Part shown: one piece after another, positions 28,066 to 38,447 of the stretch | How positions within the stretch are numbered: the stretch's first letter is position 1 | Layout of the letters: the number at the start of each line of letters is the position of its first letter | DNA from: Vicinamibacteria bacterium | GTDB lineage: Bacteria > Acidobacteriota > Vicinamibacteria > Marinacidobacterales > Marinacidobacteraceae | Length of the DNA stretch: 64,000 nt | Reading direction: 5' to 3' | NCBI GenBank assembly: GCA_963422395.1 | Contig: OY729431.1 | Coordinates: 2,488,887-2,552,886 of the forward strand | Position numbers and translations under genes: made by a program | The notes under the pieces: generated by a model | Database searches by the model: none | Seen by the model: the letters and a program-made list of their open reading frames with translations, nothing else | What the model was told of the DNA's origin: nothing

Positions 28066-29187
28066 GTGGCGGTTTCGGATCTCGAAGATCGGGGTTGCTG
28101 GTTCCGTGGCGCTGCCGGTGAGAATGCGGTCGAAGACGAAGACGAACGGCTCCCCGGAGAGACCGAGGGGCTGCCGGAATCGGGCGACATCATCCCGGAG
28201 CCGCCGGTCCCGGTAGGCGGGGCGGATGACCTGGGCATCGTGGGCCTCTATCTCCGGGACACCCGCCGGTGTGGTCGGCTTACCGGGAAAGATGAACAGC
28301 GGTGCGCCCGCTCCATGCGGAGGAACGCGCGAGGAAATCGAAAAGCCGAGCAGTCGGCCGCAGAGGCGGCCGCGTTCCATGCCAGCCGCCACCGGATGAT
28401 CGAGGGGAGCCTCGGACTCGTCGTTGCGATCGCAAGGGAATACGAACACCTGGGTCTGCCGCTTGAAGACCTCATCCAGGAAGGCAACCTCGGGCTGATC
28501 GCGGCAGTGGACAAGTTCGACCCCGAGCGGAACCTGAGGCTTTCGACCTACGCCGTGACCTGGATCCGAGAAGCGATCTGCCGGGCGCTCTCCCAGAAGT
28601 CCCGGACGATCCGGATTCCGCTCGACAAACTGGCGATTCGCCGCCGAGCGGCTAAAGTGCATGACGAGATAGAACAGCGGTACGGGAACGAGGCGTGCTG
28701 CGGTGGCTCTCGCCGGGCGCATACCCTGGAGGACGACGCCGGGGAACTCGGAGTGGATGCCGAAGTGCTGCGAACGACGATCCGGCTGGTGCCCGACATC
28801 GATCCGCTGGAGGACCGGCCGAGCGGCAGGCCATCCCTCTTGGCGTCGCTGCCAGACCCCCAGTCGCCGAATCCGGCGGACCGGGCTGCGGCTGCGGAGC
28901 AGCAGCAGCGAGTCAGGGACGCGGTTTCCGAACTCCCGCCCCGCCTGCAGTGGATCGTGCGGCGGCGCTATGGGCTTTCCGGCGGAGAAGAAGCCGGCTT
29001 GGCGAAGGTCGGACGCGAAGTGCGACTCTCCGCCGAGCGGGTTCGCCAGTTGCAGCGCCGAGCGCTGCGCCTGCTTCGTGGGATCCACGCTTCTTCTGCC
29101 GCGCGCACGGAACCGATCCGAGGTCGGCCCTCTCGAACCGCTTTGGCCCCTTTCGCCGGAGCGCCGCCCTTCAGATCGCCCGGATGA
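28066..29187 (+). CDS. Sigma-70 family RNA polymerase sigma factor (regions 1.2, 2, 3, 4).
   Basis: Region 2 reads LVVAIAREYEHLGLPLEDLIQEGNLGLIAAVDKFDPERNLRLSTYAVTWIREAI. A region 4 HTH near the C-terminus reads RRRYGL...RVRQLQRRALRLL. The N-terminus is acidic. Confidence 0.8.
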   Translation: MAVSDLEDRGCWFRGAAGENAVEDEDERLPGETEGLPESGDIIPEPPVPVGGADDLGIVGLYLRDTRRCGRLTGKDEQRCARSMRRNARGNRKAEQSAAEAAAFHASRHRMIEGSLGLVVAIAREYEHLGLPLEDLIQEGNLGLIAAVDKFDPERNLRLSTYAVTWIREAICRALSQKSRTIRIPLDKLAIRRRAAKVHDEIEQRYGNEACCGGSRRAHTLEDDAGELGVDAEVLRTTIRLVPDIDPLEDRPSGRPSLLASLPDPQSPNPADRAAAAEQQQRVRDAVSELPPRLQWIVRRRYGLSGGEEAGLAKVGREVRLSAERVRQLQRRALRLLRGIHASSAARTEPIRGRPSRTALAPFAGAPPFRSPG

Positions 29188-30616
29188 CGACTGCAGTGGC
29201 GTCGTCGTCCGGGGCGCCCCCCCGAAAACGACGAGCGGCGCGGACCACCGCGTCGCACACCTCCGCCGCCGGAGTGCCGAGTTCCCGTTCCCGACGCAGC
29301 AGCGCTGCGAGCCGTTTGCGGCCGTAGAGCTCTCCCCGCCGGTCCGAGGACTCGGTGATCCCATCGGTGTAGAGCGCCAGCAGATCGCCGTCCTCGAGCT
29401 GGATATCCTGTTCGAAGTAGCGCGGCGCAGGAAAGAGACCGACCGGGAGGCCCCCGGCCGGGATCTCCTCCGCCGAGCCATCGGCCCGGATCAGCAGCGG
29501 CGGCGGGTGGCCGGCATTGATGTGGATGAGGCGGCGCAGCGGGACATCGAGCACGCCGTAGAACAGGGTGGCGTACCGGCTCTCGCCGACGCTCTCATAG
29601 AGGAGCTGGTTCGTGCGTCCCAGGATCGTCCGCAGCGAGAAGTTCGAGTGGGCGAGCGAGAACACCGAGGCGCGGAGCGCCGCGACCAGGAGCGCGGCGG
29701 GGAGACCCTTGCCCGCTACATCGGCCACCGCGATCCCCCAGCGATCTTCGCCGAGCGCAACGAAGTCGTAGTAGTCCCCGCCGACCTGGGAGCAGGGCTC
29801 GTACACCGCCGCCACTTCGAGGCCGACGAGCGACGGGTTGTCGTGCGGCAGCAGGTCGTGCAGCACCTTTCCCGCCACTTCCATCTCGGAGACCAGCTTC
29901 CGGCCCTCCACCGCCTTCTCGTAGAAGAGGATGCGTTCGATGGCGGGAGCGGTTCCGGCCGCCCAGGCGCGGAGTGCGGTTCGGTCGCGCTCGCCGAAGG
30001 CCGCCGGCCGCTGCGATTCGGCGACGACGGCACCGAGGCGGCGGCCGCCCGCCCCGAGGAGCGGGGCGACGACCGCCGAACCGGTTTCCGGGCTCAGGTC
30101 GGGATCTTCGAACGCCATCCCCCCCTGAGCCGACCCGACGAGCTCCGGCCGACCGCTCTCCATGACCTGAGCCACGACCCCGCCCGCCGGAATCTCGCAG
30201 CCATCCGGGATTTCCGTATCCACCAGCTCGCTGGCGCGGCCACGCGCCCGCCTGCAGATCAGGCTTCCGTCGAGGCCGACGATGGTGAGCGTCGCGCGGT
30301 CGCAACCCGGCAGCACCTGGCGCAGCCCGGCGAGCACGGTGTCCGCGGTGCGCCCGATCTCCAGACTGCGCCCGACCTCCTGGAAGGCTTCGAGCAGTCG
30401 ATCGGCGTTCGTTTCGAGCAGGCCCTCGGCGGTCGCCCCTCGACGGTCATCGCTGGGAAGCCGAGGAGCGGGCACCGCCGCGTCGAGAGGCCCGGCAGCG
30501 AAACGAGAAGGGGGCAGCGCGGTTACCGCATCGCGAAGCAGTAGAACAGGCCGTCGCCTCCGGTTCCCTGGAGGTCCGCCTGCCCGCAGCCGCGCGAGCC
30601 GTGGGCCGAGTTCCAC
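29171..30616 (-). CDS. GAF domain-containing PP2C/SpoIIE-family serine phosphatase.
   Basis: An N-terminal GAF-like region is followed by the PP2C motifs GDYYDF, VADVAGKG and LYTDGITE. The true start is probably downstream of 30616, because the track ORF overlaps the preceding gene by 94 nt. Confidence 0.7.
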   Translation of the reverse strand: MELGPRLARLRAGGPPGNRRRRPVLLLRDAVTALPPSRFAAGPLDAAVPAPRLPSDDRRGATAEGLLETNADRLLEAFQEVGRSLEIGRTADTVLAGLRQVLPGCDRATLTIVGLDGSLICRRARGRASELVDTEIPDGCEIPAGGVVAQVMESGRPELVGSAQGGMAFEDPDLSPETGSAVVAPLLGAGGRRLGAVVAESQRPAAFGERDRTALRAWAAGTAPAIERILFYEKAVEGRKLVSEMEVAGKVLHDLLPHDNPSLVGLEVAAVYEPCSQVGGDYYDFVALGEDRWGIAVADVAGKGLPAALLVAALRASVFSLAHSNFSLRTILGRTNQLLYESVGESRYATLFYGVLDVPLRRLIHINAGHPPPLLIRADGSAEEIPAGGLPVGLFPAPRYFEQDIQLEDGDLLALYTDGITESSDRRGELYGRKRLAALLRRERELGTPAAEVCDAVVRAARRFRGGAPDDDATAVVIRAI

Positions 30617-31191
30617 GAAGAGCCGTCGTCGCCCCCGCCGACCCGGTCGTGGTGCCCCACCCGGGCGCTGCCATCGCCGGCGTTGCTCGTCCAGTCGGCA
30701 CAGGTGGTGTCCCCTTCCCCCTGAAAAGCGGTCCCGTCGGCGGCGGTCCCGGTGATGATGTCGTGGCGGTTCACCTCATCGCCGCGGCCGCTGATGACTT
30801 CGCCCTTCTCGGAGACGGAGTTCTCCTTGCTCAGCAAGTTGGCGTCGCTGTGGAGGCCGGCCCCATCCGCCGCGACCCTCACCCCGTTCGCGTTGTGCCA
30901 GGGGCCCGCGCCGATGCGGTCTCTGGCGTCCACTGCGCCGCTGCCGGTCGTGCTCAGGTAGGCGCGCCAGGTGAGGCCGTCAGCGGCCATCGCCTCGGAA
31001 GCGAGCAGCGCGCAATGCGAATCCGCGCCTTCGAGCCCGCCGAGGTCGGCGCCGTCGCCGGGACCACGGCTGGTGAGGAAGAAAGTCATCTCCTCCTGCG
31101 CAACACGCGCCGTCTCCGGGCTCCCCGAGGAAAATGCGAAAAGCGCCGGAACGCCGGTGGCGACCAACAGGGGCAGTGCGATGCGCTTCAT
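30523..31191 (-). CDS. Hypothetical secreted protein, possibly a C-type lectin-like fold.
   Basis: Signal peptide MKRIALPLLVATGVPALFAFSS. Conserved Cys/Trp spacing (HCALL...TWRAYL...WTS...WNSAHG...YCF) is reminiscent of lectin-like domains. Fold assignment is weak. Confidence 0.45.
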   Translation of the reverse strand: MKRIALPLLVATGVPALFAFSSGSPETARVAQEEMTFFLTSRGPGDGADLGGLEGADSHCALLASEAMAADGLTWRAYLSTTGSGAVDARDRIGAGPWHNANGVRVAADGAGLHSDANLLSKENSVSEKGEVISGRGDEVNRHDIITGTAADGTAFQGEGDTTCADWTSNAGDGSARVGHHDRVGGGDDGSSWNSAHGSRGCGQADLQGTGGDGLFYCFAMR

Positions 31192-31388
31192 GGAAGGCTC
31201 CTTTTCCGGTCGATTCGCCGGACCCGTCATTCTAGGAGTCTTTTCGGGGGTTCGCTCGGGAAGTTACGGATGCCATCCGAGGCAGCCGGGCATGAGCGCC
31301 TCCTCCCCCCGGGGCCGACAGGTCGAACCATTGCCGCAAGGAGCAGATCCGCAGCCACCGCTCCAACTCCACCGGCGGCGCGGATTCC

Positions 31389-32477
31389 TCAGCGAAGCCG
31401 GCGGATCCCGAACCAGAGGAGCGGCAGGATGAAGACCGCCCAGAACATGTAGGTGAGGATCCGGTAGCCGATCCCGATCAGGCCCTCGAGTCCCGCCTGC
31501 GCGAGCAGGACGGCGGCCAGCAGGACGATCGTCGAAGTCACCGGCCGCAGCCAGGGCCTGAGGGCGCGGCCGCTCTCCTCCATGGCGCGGGCGGCCCGCT
31601 CGTTGACTGCGTGGATCAGACTGGTCGCGGTTTCGATCAGGGTGCCGAACAGGATCAACTGGAAGGCGGCCGAAAGCAGCGGCGAGCCGATTCGCTCCAG
31701 CAGCACGAGTGAGGGAACGGTCTCCGCAAGCATTCCCGAGCCGAGCCCGGCGATCGCCACGAAGAAGAGCACGGCGGGGAGGATCCCGATGGGCCCGGCG
31801 AGGATTCCGGCGGTGATCGCGTCGCGCCGGGTCACCAGATGGCGGCCGCAGAAGAGCACCGCCGGCAGCGTGCCCACGTTGTAGGCCATGTATTCCGCTC
31901 CGCCGAGCGCCCAGTCACGGGTCGCGGCGCCGTCCCGGAGGGCGGCCGCGATGTCCGGCCCGAAGGAGCGGAAGGCGGCGAACAGCACCACCCCATAGAC
32001 GGCATAGAGGGCGAGCGACCAGAAGGAGAGGAAGTTCTCTACCGCTGCCGTACCCCGGAGGACCAGCCAGCCCACCGCCAGCATGATGCCGGCTACCCCG
32101 GCGGCATAGGGAAGGCCCAGCGAGCGGGAGGCGATTTCGCCGCCGGCGGCGGCCACCACCGAAACCACCGCCAGCATGGCGGCGAGATAGGTGACTTCGT
32201 AGAGCCAATACCCCCGGCCCAGGAGTTCCCGGGCGAAGCTCCGGTAGTCGTAGGCGCGGGCCCGCCGGGCGATCTCGAAAGTCAGCGCGCAGACCACCGA
32301 CCAGAGCGGCACGGTCACCAGGAGCATCCCCAGCAGGCCCCCCAGGACTCCCTTGCTCAGGAAGAAGTCCACCAGCTCGCGGCCGGTGCCGTACCCGCCG
32401 GCGATGATCATGGACTGGAAGCAGAATCCCGGCAGCAGAATCCTTCGGAACCAGTTGGAACGGAGGGGGTTTCGCAT
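31389..32477 (-). CDS. Hypothetical polytopic membrane protein (transporter-like).
   Basis: 362 aa with about 10 predicted TM helices and no soluble domains. Confidence 0.5.
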   Translation of the reverse strand: MRNPLRSNWFRRILLPGFCFQSMIIAGGYGTGRELVDFFLSKGVLGGLLGMLLVTVPLWSVVCALTFEIARRARAYDYRSFARELLGRGYWLYEVTYLAAMLAVVSVVAAAGGEIASRSLGLPYAAGVAGIMLAVGWLVLRGTAAVENFLSFWSLALYAVYGVVLFAAFRSFGPDIAAALRDGAATRDWALGGAEYMAYNVGTLPAVLFCGRHLVTRRDAITAGILAGPIGILPAVLFFVAIAGLGSGMLAETVPSLVLLERIGSPLLSAAFQLILFGTLIETATSLIHAVNERAARAMEESGRALRPWLRPVTSTIVLLAAVLLAQAGLEGLIGIGYRILTYMFWAVFILPLLWFGIRRLR

Positions 32478-32582
32478 CGGCGGGCCGGGGGGCGGGCACC
32501 GAGGATACCGGCTGCCGAGCCCAGGAAGCTGCGGCCGGACAGGGCCCGCCTCGCCGGGAAGGCGAACCGCTGCCGCCCGGGG

Positions 32583-35018
32583 CTATCCGTGGCGAAGGGC
32601 GGCGATGGGTTGGATGCGGGCGGACCGGCGGGCGGGGATGATGCTGGCTAGCACCGCGGCGCCGAGCACGATGACGAGGGTTGCGACCCAGGACGAAGGG
32701 TCGGACGCCCGCACTCCGAAGAGCAGGCTCTGGAGCAGCCGACTCGCGAACAGCGCTCCGACGAGCCCGGCCGCAAGCCCGATGGCGGCGAGACGCATCC
32801 CCTCGCTCAGGATCAGCCGCGTCAACTCGGCGCGGCCGGCGCCGAAGGCCATCCGGACGCCGATTTCGGCGGTCCGTTCCGCAGCCAGTGCCGACACCAC
32901 GCTGTAAGACCCGGCAGCCGCGAGCGCCACCGCGAGGGCGGCGAACACCGTCAGCAGCAGCGCGAGGAAGCGCGAGTCCTGCAAGGAGTCGGCGAGCACT
33001 GCCTCCATGCTGCGGAAGCCGTCCACCGGAAGCGCCGGATCGAGCTCGTGGGCGGCTTCCCGCACCGGCACCGCCAGCGCCTCGGGCGGCAGCTCCGAGC
33101 GCAGAACCACATGCATCGCGCGCGGCGCGTAACCGGCGGCAGCGGCCGTTTGCGGGTAGTGGAAATAGACTTCGGTGCCGGTCTCGGCCCCGAGTCCGCC
33201 CTGTTTCACATCCTTGGCTACGCCGATCACGGTGAACCAGGGGATCTCGGAGCCGGGGGGCTTCAGCCGCCGTCCGATGGGATCCTGATCGGGCCAGAAC
33301 AGCTCCGCTGCCGTCCGGTTCACGACCGCGACCGGCGTCGCCCCGCCGTCGTCGGAGGGAGTGAAGCCGCGCCCGGCGAGCAGCGGGATCCCCATGGTCT
33401 CGAAGTAACCCGACCCGGCGAACTGCCAGTAATCCATGTTCTGCTCGGGATACCCCTCACTCTCGGGCAGGCCCTCGATCAGGGTGTCGTTCGCGTTCAG
33501 CCGCCGGCGCGGCGGCAGTCCGCTCATCATGGTGACGGCTTCTACCCCGGGAATCCGTTCGATCCGGGCGCTCAGCCGGTCGAGGAAGGCCAACTGGTCC
33601 GTCGACTCCGGGTAATCGGTTTCGGGTAGAAAGGTCTGGAAGGCCGAAAGCTCCGACGGCGCAAAGCCGGGGTCCTCGGCCTGGAGAGCGAAGAGGCTTC
33701 GCACCAGCAGCAGGGAGGAGATCAGCAGCACTGCCGACAGGCCGATCTCGAAAGCCACGAGCCCCTGACGCAGCCGCCGCCGCTTCGGGGTGGTGCGGAG
33801 CCCGCCCGACTGCAGGCTCGCGAGCAGCTGCGCCTCCTGGCGTCCGGTGGCGAGGTAGGCCGCCGGCGCCGCTCCGCTGACGAGACCGGTGATCAGCACC
33901 GCAGCGACGGCGAAACCCAGCACCGGCCACGAGATTCCGATCTCGGCGATCCGGGGGATCCCGCCGGGGTAGGCGGCGACGAGGGCTTCGGTGGCAGCCG
34001 CGGCGAGGAACACGCCGAGGGCGCCGCCGAGGCCGGCGACGATGAAGCCCTCGCCCAGGAACGGCATGGCACTCCGGAAGCGCCCCGAGCCGAGCGCGGT
34101 GCGCACGGCGATCTCGCCGCGCCGCGCCTCCGCCCGCCCGAGAACGAGATTCCCGAGGTTCGCGCAGGCGGCGAAGAGCAACACCCCGGAGAGCGCCAGC
34201 AGCGCGAGCAGTCGGGCGCTGTGCTCGCCGACCACCTCCTCATGCAGATCCACCAGGATCACTGGATGGAACTCGGGATGGGGAGCGTGGGTGTCCTGCG
34301 ACTCCGATCTCCAACGGTCGAGAAGCACCGGCAACTCCGCGCGGGCGGAATCCAGCCCGGCCCCCTCGGCGAGCCGGGCCACCATGATGTAGTTGTGGGA
34401 TCCCCGCCCCGGCAAGTCGGCGGGATCGAGCGCGAGCGGAGTCCAGACCTCGATGCGGTGGTCGAGCAGGTCCACGCCTTTCGGCAGCACACCGATGACG
34501 GTGTGCTGCACCCCGTCCACCAGGAGTCGGGTTCCGAGCACCCCCGGATCGGCGCCGAAGGCCCGCTGCCAGAGACCGTGAGAGAGGACGACGACCGGTT
34601 CGGTGCCTGGGCGATCTTCCTCTTCGCCGAAGACGCGCCCGAGAGCCGCCGAGATGCCGAGGGTGCGGAAGAGGCTGGCAGTGACAGCCGCCTCCTGGGC
34701 CCGGAAGGGCGCCCCGCCTCCCTGAAGCGAGGCCATCCCGGCATTGAAGGCCCCGGCCTCCTCGAAAGAGGAGCTCCACTCGCGGTATTCGAGGTATTCC
34801 GGCGCGGAGATCCAGAACTTGTCGAACCCCATGGTGGGGAACTGCGTCGCGACCCGGACCAGATCGTCGGGCGCCCGGTAGGGCAGCGGGGCGAAGAGCG
34901 CCGTGTTCACCACGGTGAAGACGGCGGTGTTGACACCGACGCCGAGAGCGATCACCAGGACCGCGAAGGCTGCGTAGCCGGGGTTCTTCAACAGCGAGCG
35001 AACGGCGGGGAATTTCAC
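32583..35018 (-). CDS. ADOP-family duplicated FtsX/MacB-like ABC transporter permease.
   Basis: FPAVRSLLKNPGYAAFAVLVIALGVGVNTAVFTVVNTALF is the ADOP N-terminal signature. Two FtsX-like 4-TM modules are separated by large periplasmic domains. The GTG start at 35018 is preceded by AGAGG. Confidence 0.8.
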   Translation of the reverse strand: MKFPAVRSLLKNPGYAAFAVLVIALGVGVNTAVFTVVNTALFAPLPYRAPDDLVRVATQFPTMGFDKFWISAPEYLEYREWSSSFEEAGAFNAGMASLQGGGAPFRAQEAAVTASLFRTLGISAALGRVFGEEEDRPGTEPVVVLSHGLWQRAFGADPGVLGTRLLVDGVQHTVIGVLPKGVDLLDHRIEVWTPLALDPADLPGRGSHNYIMVARLAEGAGLDSARAELPVLLDRWRSESQDTHAPHPEFHPVILVDLHEEVVGEHSARLLALLALSGVLLFAACANLGNLVLGRAEARRGEIAVRTALGSGRFRSAMPFLGEGFIVAGLGGALGVFLAAAATEALVAAYPGGIPRIAEIGISWPVLGFAVAAVLITGLVSGAAPAAYLATGRQEAQLLASLQSGGLRTTPKRRRLRQGLVAFEIGLSAVLLISSLLLVRSLFALQAEDPGFAPSELSAFQTFLPETDYPESTDQLAFLDRLSARIERIPGVEAVTMMSGLPPRRRLNANDTLIEGLPESEGYPEQNMDYWQFAGSGYFETMGIPLLAGRGFTPSDDGGATPVAVVNRTAAELFWPDQDPIGRRLKPPGSEIPWFTVIGVAKDVKQGGLGAETGTEVYFHYPQTAAAAGYAPRAMHVVLRSELPPEALAVPVREAAHELDPALPVDGFRSMEAVLADSLQDSRFLALLLTVFAALAVALAAAGSYSVVSALAAERTAEIGVRMAFGAGRAELTRLILSEGMRLAAIGLAAGLVGALFASRLLQSLLFGVRASDPSSWVATLVIVLGAAVLASIIPARRSARIQPIAALRHG

Positions 35019-35103
35019 TGGGGCGCCTCTCGTTGACCAGATAGAACGATTCCGGCTGGCTGGAGGTTCATCGAGCCGCGGCCTCGCCGTTATGCTCGGC
35101 GGC

Positions 35104-35655
35104 ATGGACATCCGCCGGAGGTTTTCCCGGGGAATCGCCGCGCTCCCGATCCTCCTGGGCGCGCTCCTCCCGGGTACAGCGGCGGCCCATGAGGAATCGG
35201 AGGAGGCGTTGGTCGCGGCCCGGTGGTTCCGGCTCGTCGAGGGACTCGACGGGAGCGAGGCGAGCCGGGAAGCGTTCCTCGCTCTCTATGCCGAAGACGC
35301 GCTCCATATCCAGGGACCCTCCGGACCGCACCAGCGGGGAAGCGCCGCCTACTGGGGACGGGAGAAGGTGGGCCTCCTCGTGGACCGGCTGCTCGCCGAG
35401 TGGACGGACCACTCGATCCGTCCCGAAGTGGCCACCGCCGCCGAGGTCTCGGAGACGGTCTGGGCCGAGGCCCCGGGCCCCTGGGGCGGCCCCTTGGTCG
35501 CCGTCCAGTTCACGATCACCGGCACCCGCGTCGCCGACGAGACCCGCTGGCAGGTTCCGGGAGCGGCCTTCTTCCGAATCCGAGGCGGGGAACTGGTGCG
35601 GGTGCGGATCTACCTGGGACTCGGAGAAGCCGCCGAAGTCGAAATCCAGCGGTGA
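35104..35655 (+). CDS. Hypothetical secreted protein (NTF2/SnoaL-like size and composition).
   Basis: Signal peptide MDIRRRFSRGIAALPILLGALLPGTAAAHE. About 160 aa mature. No catalytic motifs recognised. Confidence 0.45.
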   Translation: MDIRRRFSRGIAALPILLGALLPGTAAAHEESEEALVAARWFRLVEGLDGSEASREAFLALYAEDALHIQGPSGPHQRGSAAYWGREKVGLLVDRLLAEWTDHSIRPEVATAAEVSETVWAEAPGPWGGPLVAVQFTITGTRVADETRWQVPGAAFFRIRGGELVRVRIYLGLGEAAEVEIQR

Positions 35656-35718
35656 ACGCTAGCACTGCCGCGGCTCTATATAGATAGCTTCGACATAGGG
35701 ATAGGATGGAAAGGGAGC

Positions 35719-36726
35719 ATGAAGGAGAGCGTTCGTCCCCGGTGTTACCTTCCGGCGATGCGACGCATCGTTCCCATGTTGTTCCTGGCCACCGCCTGCT
35801 CGGCGCCGCCCGAGATCGCCGATCCACCGGGTGAGCCCGAGACCGACCTGCCGCCCATCCTCGCCCAGAACGCCTTCCTCTACTACCGCGACCTCGCGGG
35901 TGCGGAGGCATTCTACGGAGAAGTGCTCGGATTGCCGCTCGCCGCCGACTTCGGGTTCGCCAAGATGTTCCGGGTTGCGGAATCGGCGTACTTGACCCTC
36001 GTGGACGAAGCCGAGGGGATGCACAGTGCCGACGAGCCGAAGACGGTGGCCTTCGCGCTGATCAGCGAGCGGCTCGCCGCCTGGCAGGAGCGGCTCGACG
36101 CGGCGGGCGCCGACTTCCGCAGCCGTTTCGACCCCGAAACGGCCGACCCGGAGGCGCCGCATCACGGCTTCACGGTGTACGACCCCGGCGGTTACCTCCT
36201 GGAGTTCGAGCGATTCCTGCCCCACCCAGAGAACACCGAGCTGATGCCGATCCTCGATTCCACCGAGCCGCTCGGCGGGGACGGCGCGGCGGCGGGACCG
36301 GGCATGGGGTTCGAGGCCATGATCGTCTGGCTCTACTACCCGGACATCCCGCCGCTCCTCGACTTCTATCGACAGGGGTTCGGGCTGCCGCAGACCGTGG
36401 ATCAGGGATGGGTGAAGATCCTGCGCACTTCGCACGCCGGATTCGTCGGCCTCGTGGACTCGAATCGGGGGATGCACTCCTTCACCGAGGAGAAGGCGGT
36501 CACGGTGAGCTTCTTCGTGGATGCGGTGGAGCCCTGGTTCGCGCGCCTCTCGTCCTTCCCCGGCTACCGCCGGCGGACCGGGATCCTCACCGAGAGCGAC
36601 CGGGTGCAGGTCTTCGTCGGCTACGACCCGGCGAACTACACGATCGAGTTCGACGAGTTCTTCGAGGCCCCCGGAAACGAGGAGTTGCGGGCTCAGCTCG
36701 CAGCGGTACCCCGGCAGAACCACTAG
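35719..36726 (+). CDS. VOC-family (glyoxalase/bleomycin-resistance/dioxygenase) tandem-domain lipoprotein.
   Basis: Lipobox LATAC. Two repeated VOC-like halves are present (AFLYYRDLAGAEAFYGEVLGLPL... and MIVWLYYPDIPPLLDFYRQGFGLPQ...). Confidence 0.65.
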   Translation: MKESVRPRCYLPAMRRIVPMLFLATACSAPPEIADPPGEPETDLPPILAQNAFLYYRDLAGAEAFYGEVLGLPLAADFGFAKMFRVAESAYLTLVDEAEGMHSADEPKTVAFALISERLAAWQERLDAAGADFRSRFDPETADPEAPHHGFTVYDPGGYLLEFERFLPHPENTELMPILDSTEPLGGDGAAAGPGMGFEAMIVWLYYPDIPPLLDFYRQGFGLPQTVDQGWVKILRTSHAGFVGLVDSNRGMHSFTEEKAVTVSFFVDAVEPWFARLSSFPGYRRRTGILTESDRVQVFVGYDPANYTIEFDEFFEAPGNEELRAQLAAVPRQNH

Positions 36727-36787
36727 CTGCGCAGGGGACCGGCAGCCTGCACGGCCGCCCCTCGCGGCGCCGCCGCCGGGCGCGCCG

Positions 36788-38146
36788 TTACATGTAGTCG
36801 GATTGATGGGTCGCGAGATGGTGGACGGCGCGGACCAGGGCATCCACCTCGCCGGGCATGTTGTAGAAGTGGACCGAAGCACGAACCGCGGAGAGATCGG
36901 GTTTCTCCACGGTGCGGATGAAGATCCGCTCGCGGTCCATCACTCCGGCGACGATGTTCTCGGGCGGGACCTCGCCGATGCTGAAGGCGGTGAGCGCCGC
37001 CGCGAGCCGCGGGTCCGCCGCAGTGCGCAGGGTGACCCCGGGAATACCGGAGAGCTCCTCCCGGAGGCGGTCGTTCATCGCACGGATCCGCGATTCGATG
37101 TTCTGCATGCCGATGGTCTGCTGCAGCTCGACCGCGGCGCCGAGGGCCAGCGACGAAGCCGCGTTCCGCTGCCCGCCGAAGTCGTAGATGCGCGCGCCCT
37201 GCTGGTATTCCCCCTTCTCCTCTTCGGCGACCCAGCAGTCGGGCCAGATCCGGTCCTGCAGATCGGACCGCACATAGGCGATCCCGGTTCCGGTGCCGGC
37301 GAGCAGCCACTTCTGCCCCGCACCGGCATAGTGGTCGCAGCCCATCGCACGGAGGTCGATATCCACCATGCCGACCGGATGGGCGCCGTCCACCGAACTG
37401 AGCACTCCGTGCTCGCGCGCCAGGGTGCAGAGCTCACGGACCGGCATCATCGCGCCGGTGGGGTACATGGCGTGGCTGACCACGAGGGCGCGGGTCTTCG
37501 GCCCCATCGCCTTCCGGTAGATGTCCACTACCTGCTCCGGGCTCTCCGGCGGCCAGGGGACATCCACCCATCGGATCCGCAGGCCGTGCCGTTTTTCGAG
37601 GCCGCGGTAGATCTGGATCGGCCAGGGGTGCTCATGCGGGTTCATGAGGACTTCGTCGCCCTCGCGCCAGTCGAGCCCCATGGCGAAAACGCGCATGCCC
37701 TCGGTGGTGTTGCGGACCAGCGAGATCTCGGAGATGTCGGCGCCGAGGAACTCGGCGAGCTGGCCCCGCACCACCTCCCGATCGGCGAAGCGGTAGCCGT
37801 TCCGAGGATCCTCGGAGACCTCGCGGGCGACCCGCTCCATCGTGTCGAGCACGACCCGAGGCGACGGCCCGAGCGTGCCGTTGTTCATGAAGGTCATGCC
37901 GTCGAGCACATTGAACTGCCCGCGAACCTTCCACCAGTAGGCCTCGTCCACGGCTCCGGCGGGAGGGACGAGGTCCCGAAGGGTGCCGGCGACCGACGGA
38001 TCGGGGTTCGCAGCGCCGAGCGCCGGGCGGGCAGCGAACGCGGCGGCGGCAGTGGCAGCAGCAGCAGTGGAAGCGCCGAGGAAGCCGCGGCGGGTCCAGC
38101 CGGCGGCGCCGTCCGTTTCGGGGTTCGGGGTCTTCGGGTTCGGCAT
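36788..38146 (-). CDS. Class V aminotransferase-fold PLP-dependent enzyme with a Tat signal.
   Basis: The twin-arginine motif reads RRGFLGASTAAAATAAAAFA. The class V fold includes the PLP-Lys region AGAGQKWLLAGTGTG. Confidence 0.75.
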   Translation of the reverse strand: MPNPKTPNPETDGAAGWTRRGFLGASTAAAATAAAAFAARPALGAANPDPSVAGTLRDLVPPAGAVDEAYWWKVRGQFNVLDGMTFMNNGTLGPSPRVVLDTMERVAREVSEDPRNGYRFADREVVRGQLAEFLGADISEISLVRNTTEGMRVFAMGLDWREGDEVLMNPHEHPWPIQIYRGLEKRHGLRIRWVDVPWPPESPEQVVDIYRKAMGPKTRALVVSHAMYPTGAMMPVRELCTLAREHGVLSSVDGAHPVGMVDIDLRAMGCDHYAGAGQKWLLAGTGTGIAYVRSDLQDRIWPDCWVAEEEKGEYQQGARIYDFGGQRNAASSLALGAAVELQQTIGMQNIESRIRAMNDRLREELSGIPGVTLRTAADPRLAAALTAFSIGEVPPENIVAGVMDRERIFIRTVEKPDLSAVRASVHFYNMPGEVDALVRAVHHLATHQSDYM

Positions 38147-38447
38147 GTCAGGGTCTCCTCAGGATCTCCGGGAAGCGCACCGACCAGCGAGCACCGCGAA
38201 CCGGAGAGGCCCCGGACGCTATCCGCTCGCGAGCCGAGCCGTCAATGGCCACTCGGGGGCTGCGCCGGGGGAGCTTCGGACAGGCGGTCGCAGGGGAGCG
38301 GACCGAGGCCCCACGGAAAGCTGCTCTTCCCGCCTATAGAAGAGGATGTTGCGCTTGCTTCGCAGGGGCTCGATGGGTGTCCCCGCATGGATGACGATTT
38401 TTGTCCAGGTGATCGAGTATCCTGTCTTGCTTCAGACCCTCTCTGCG

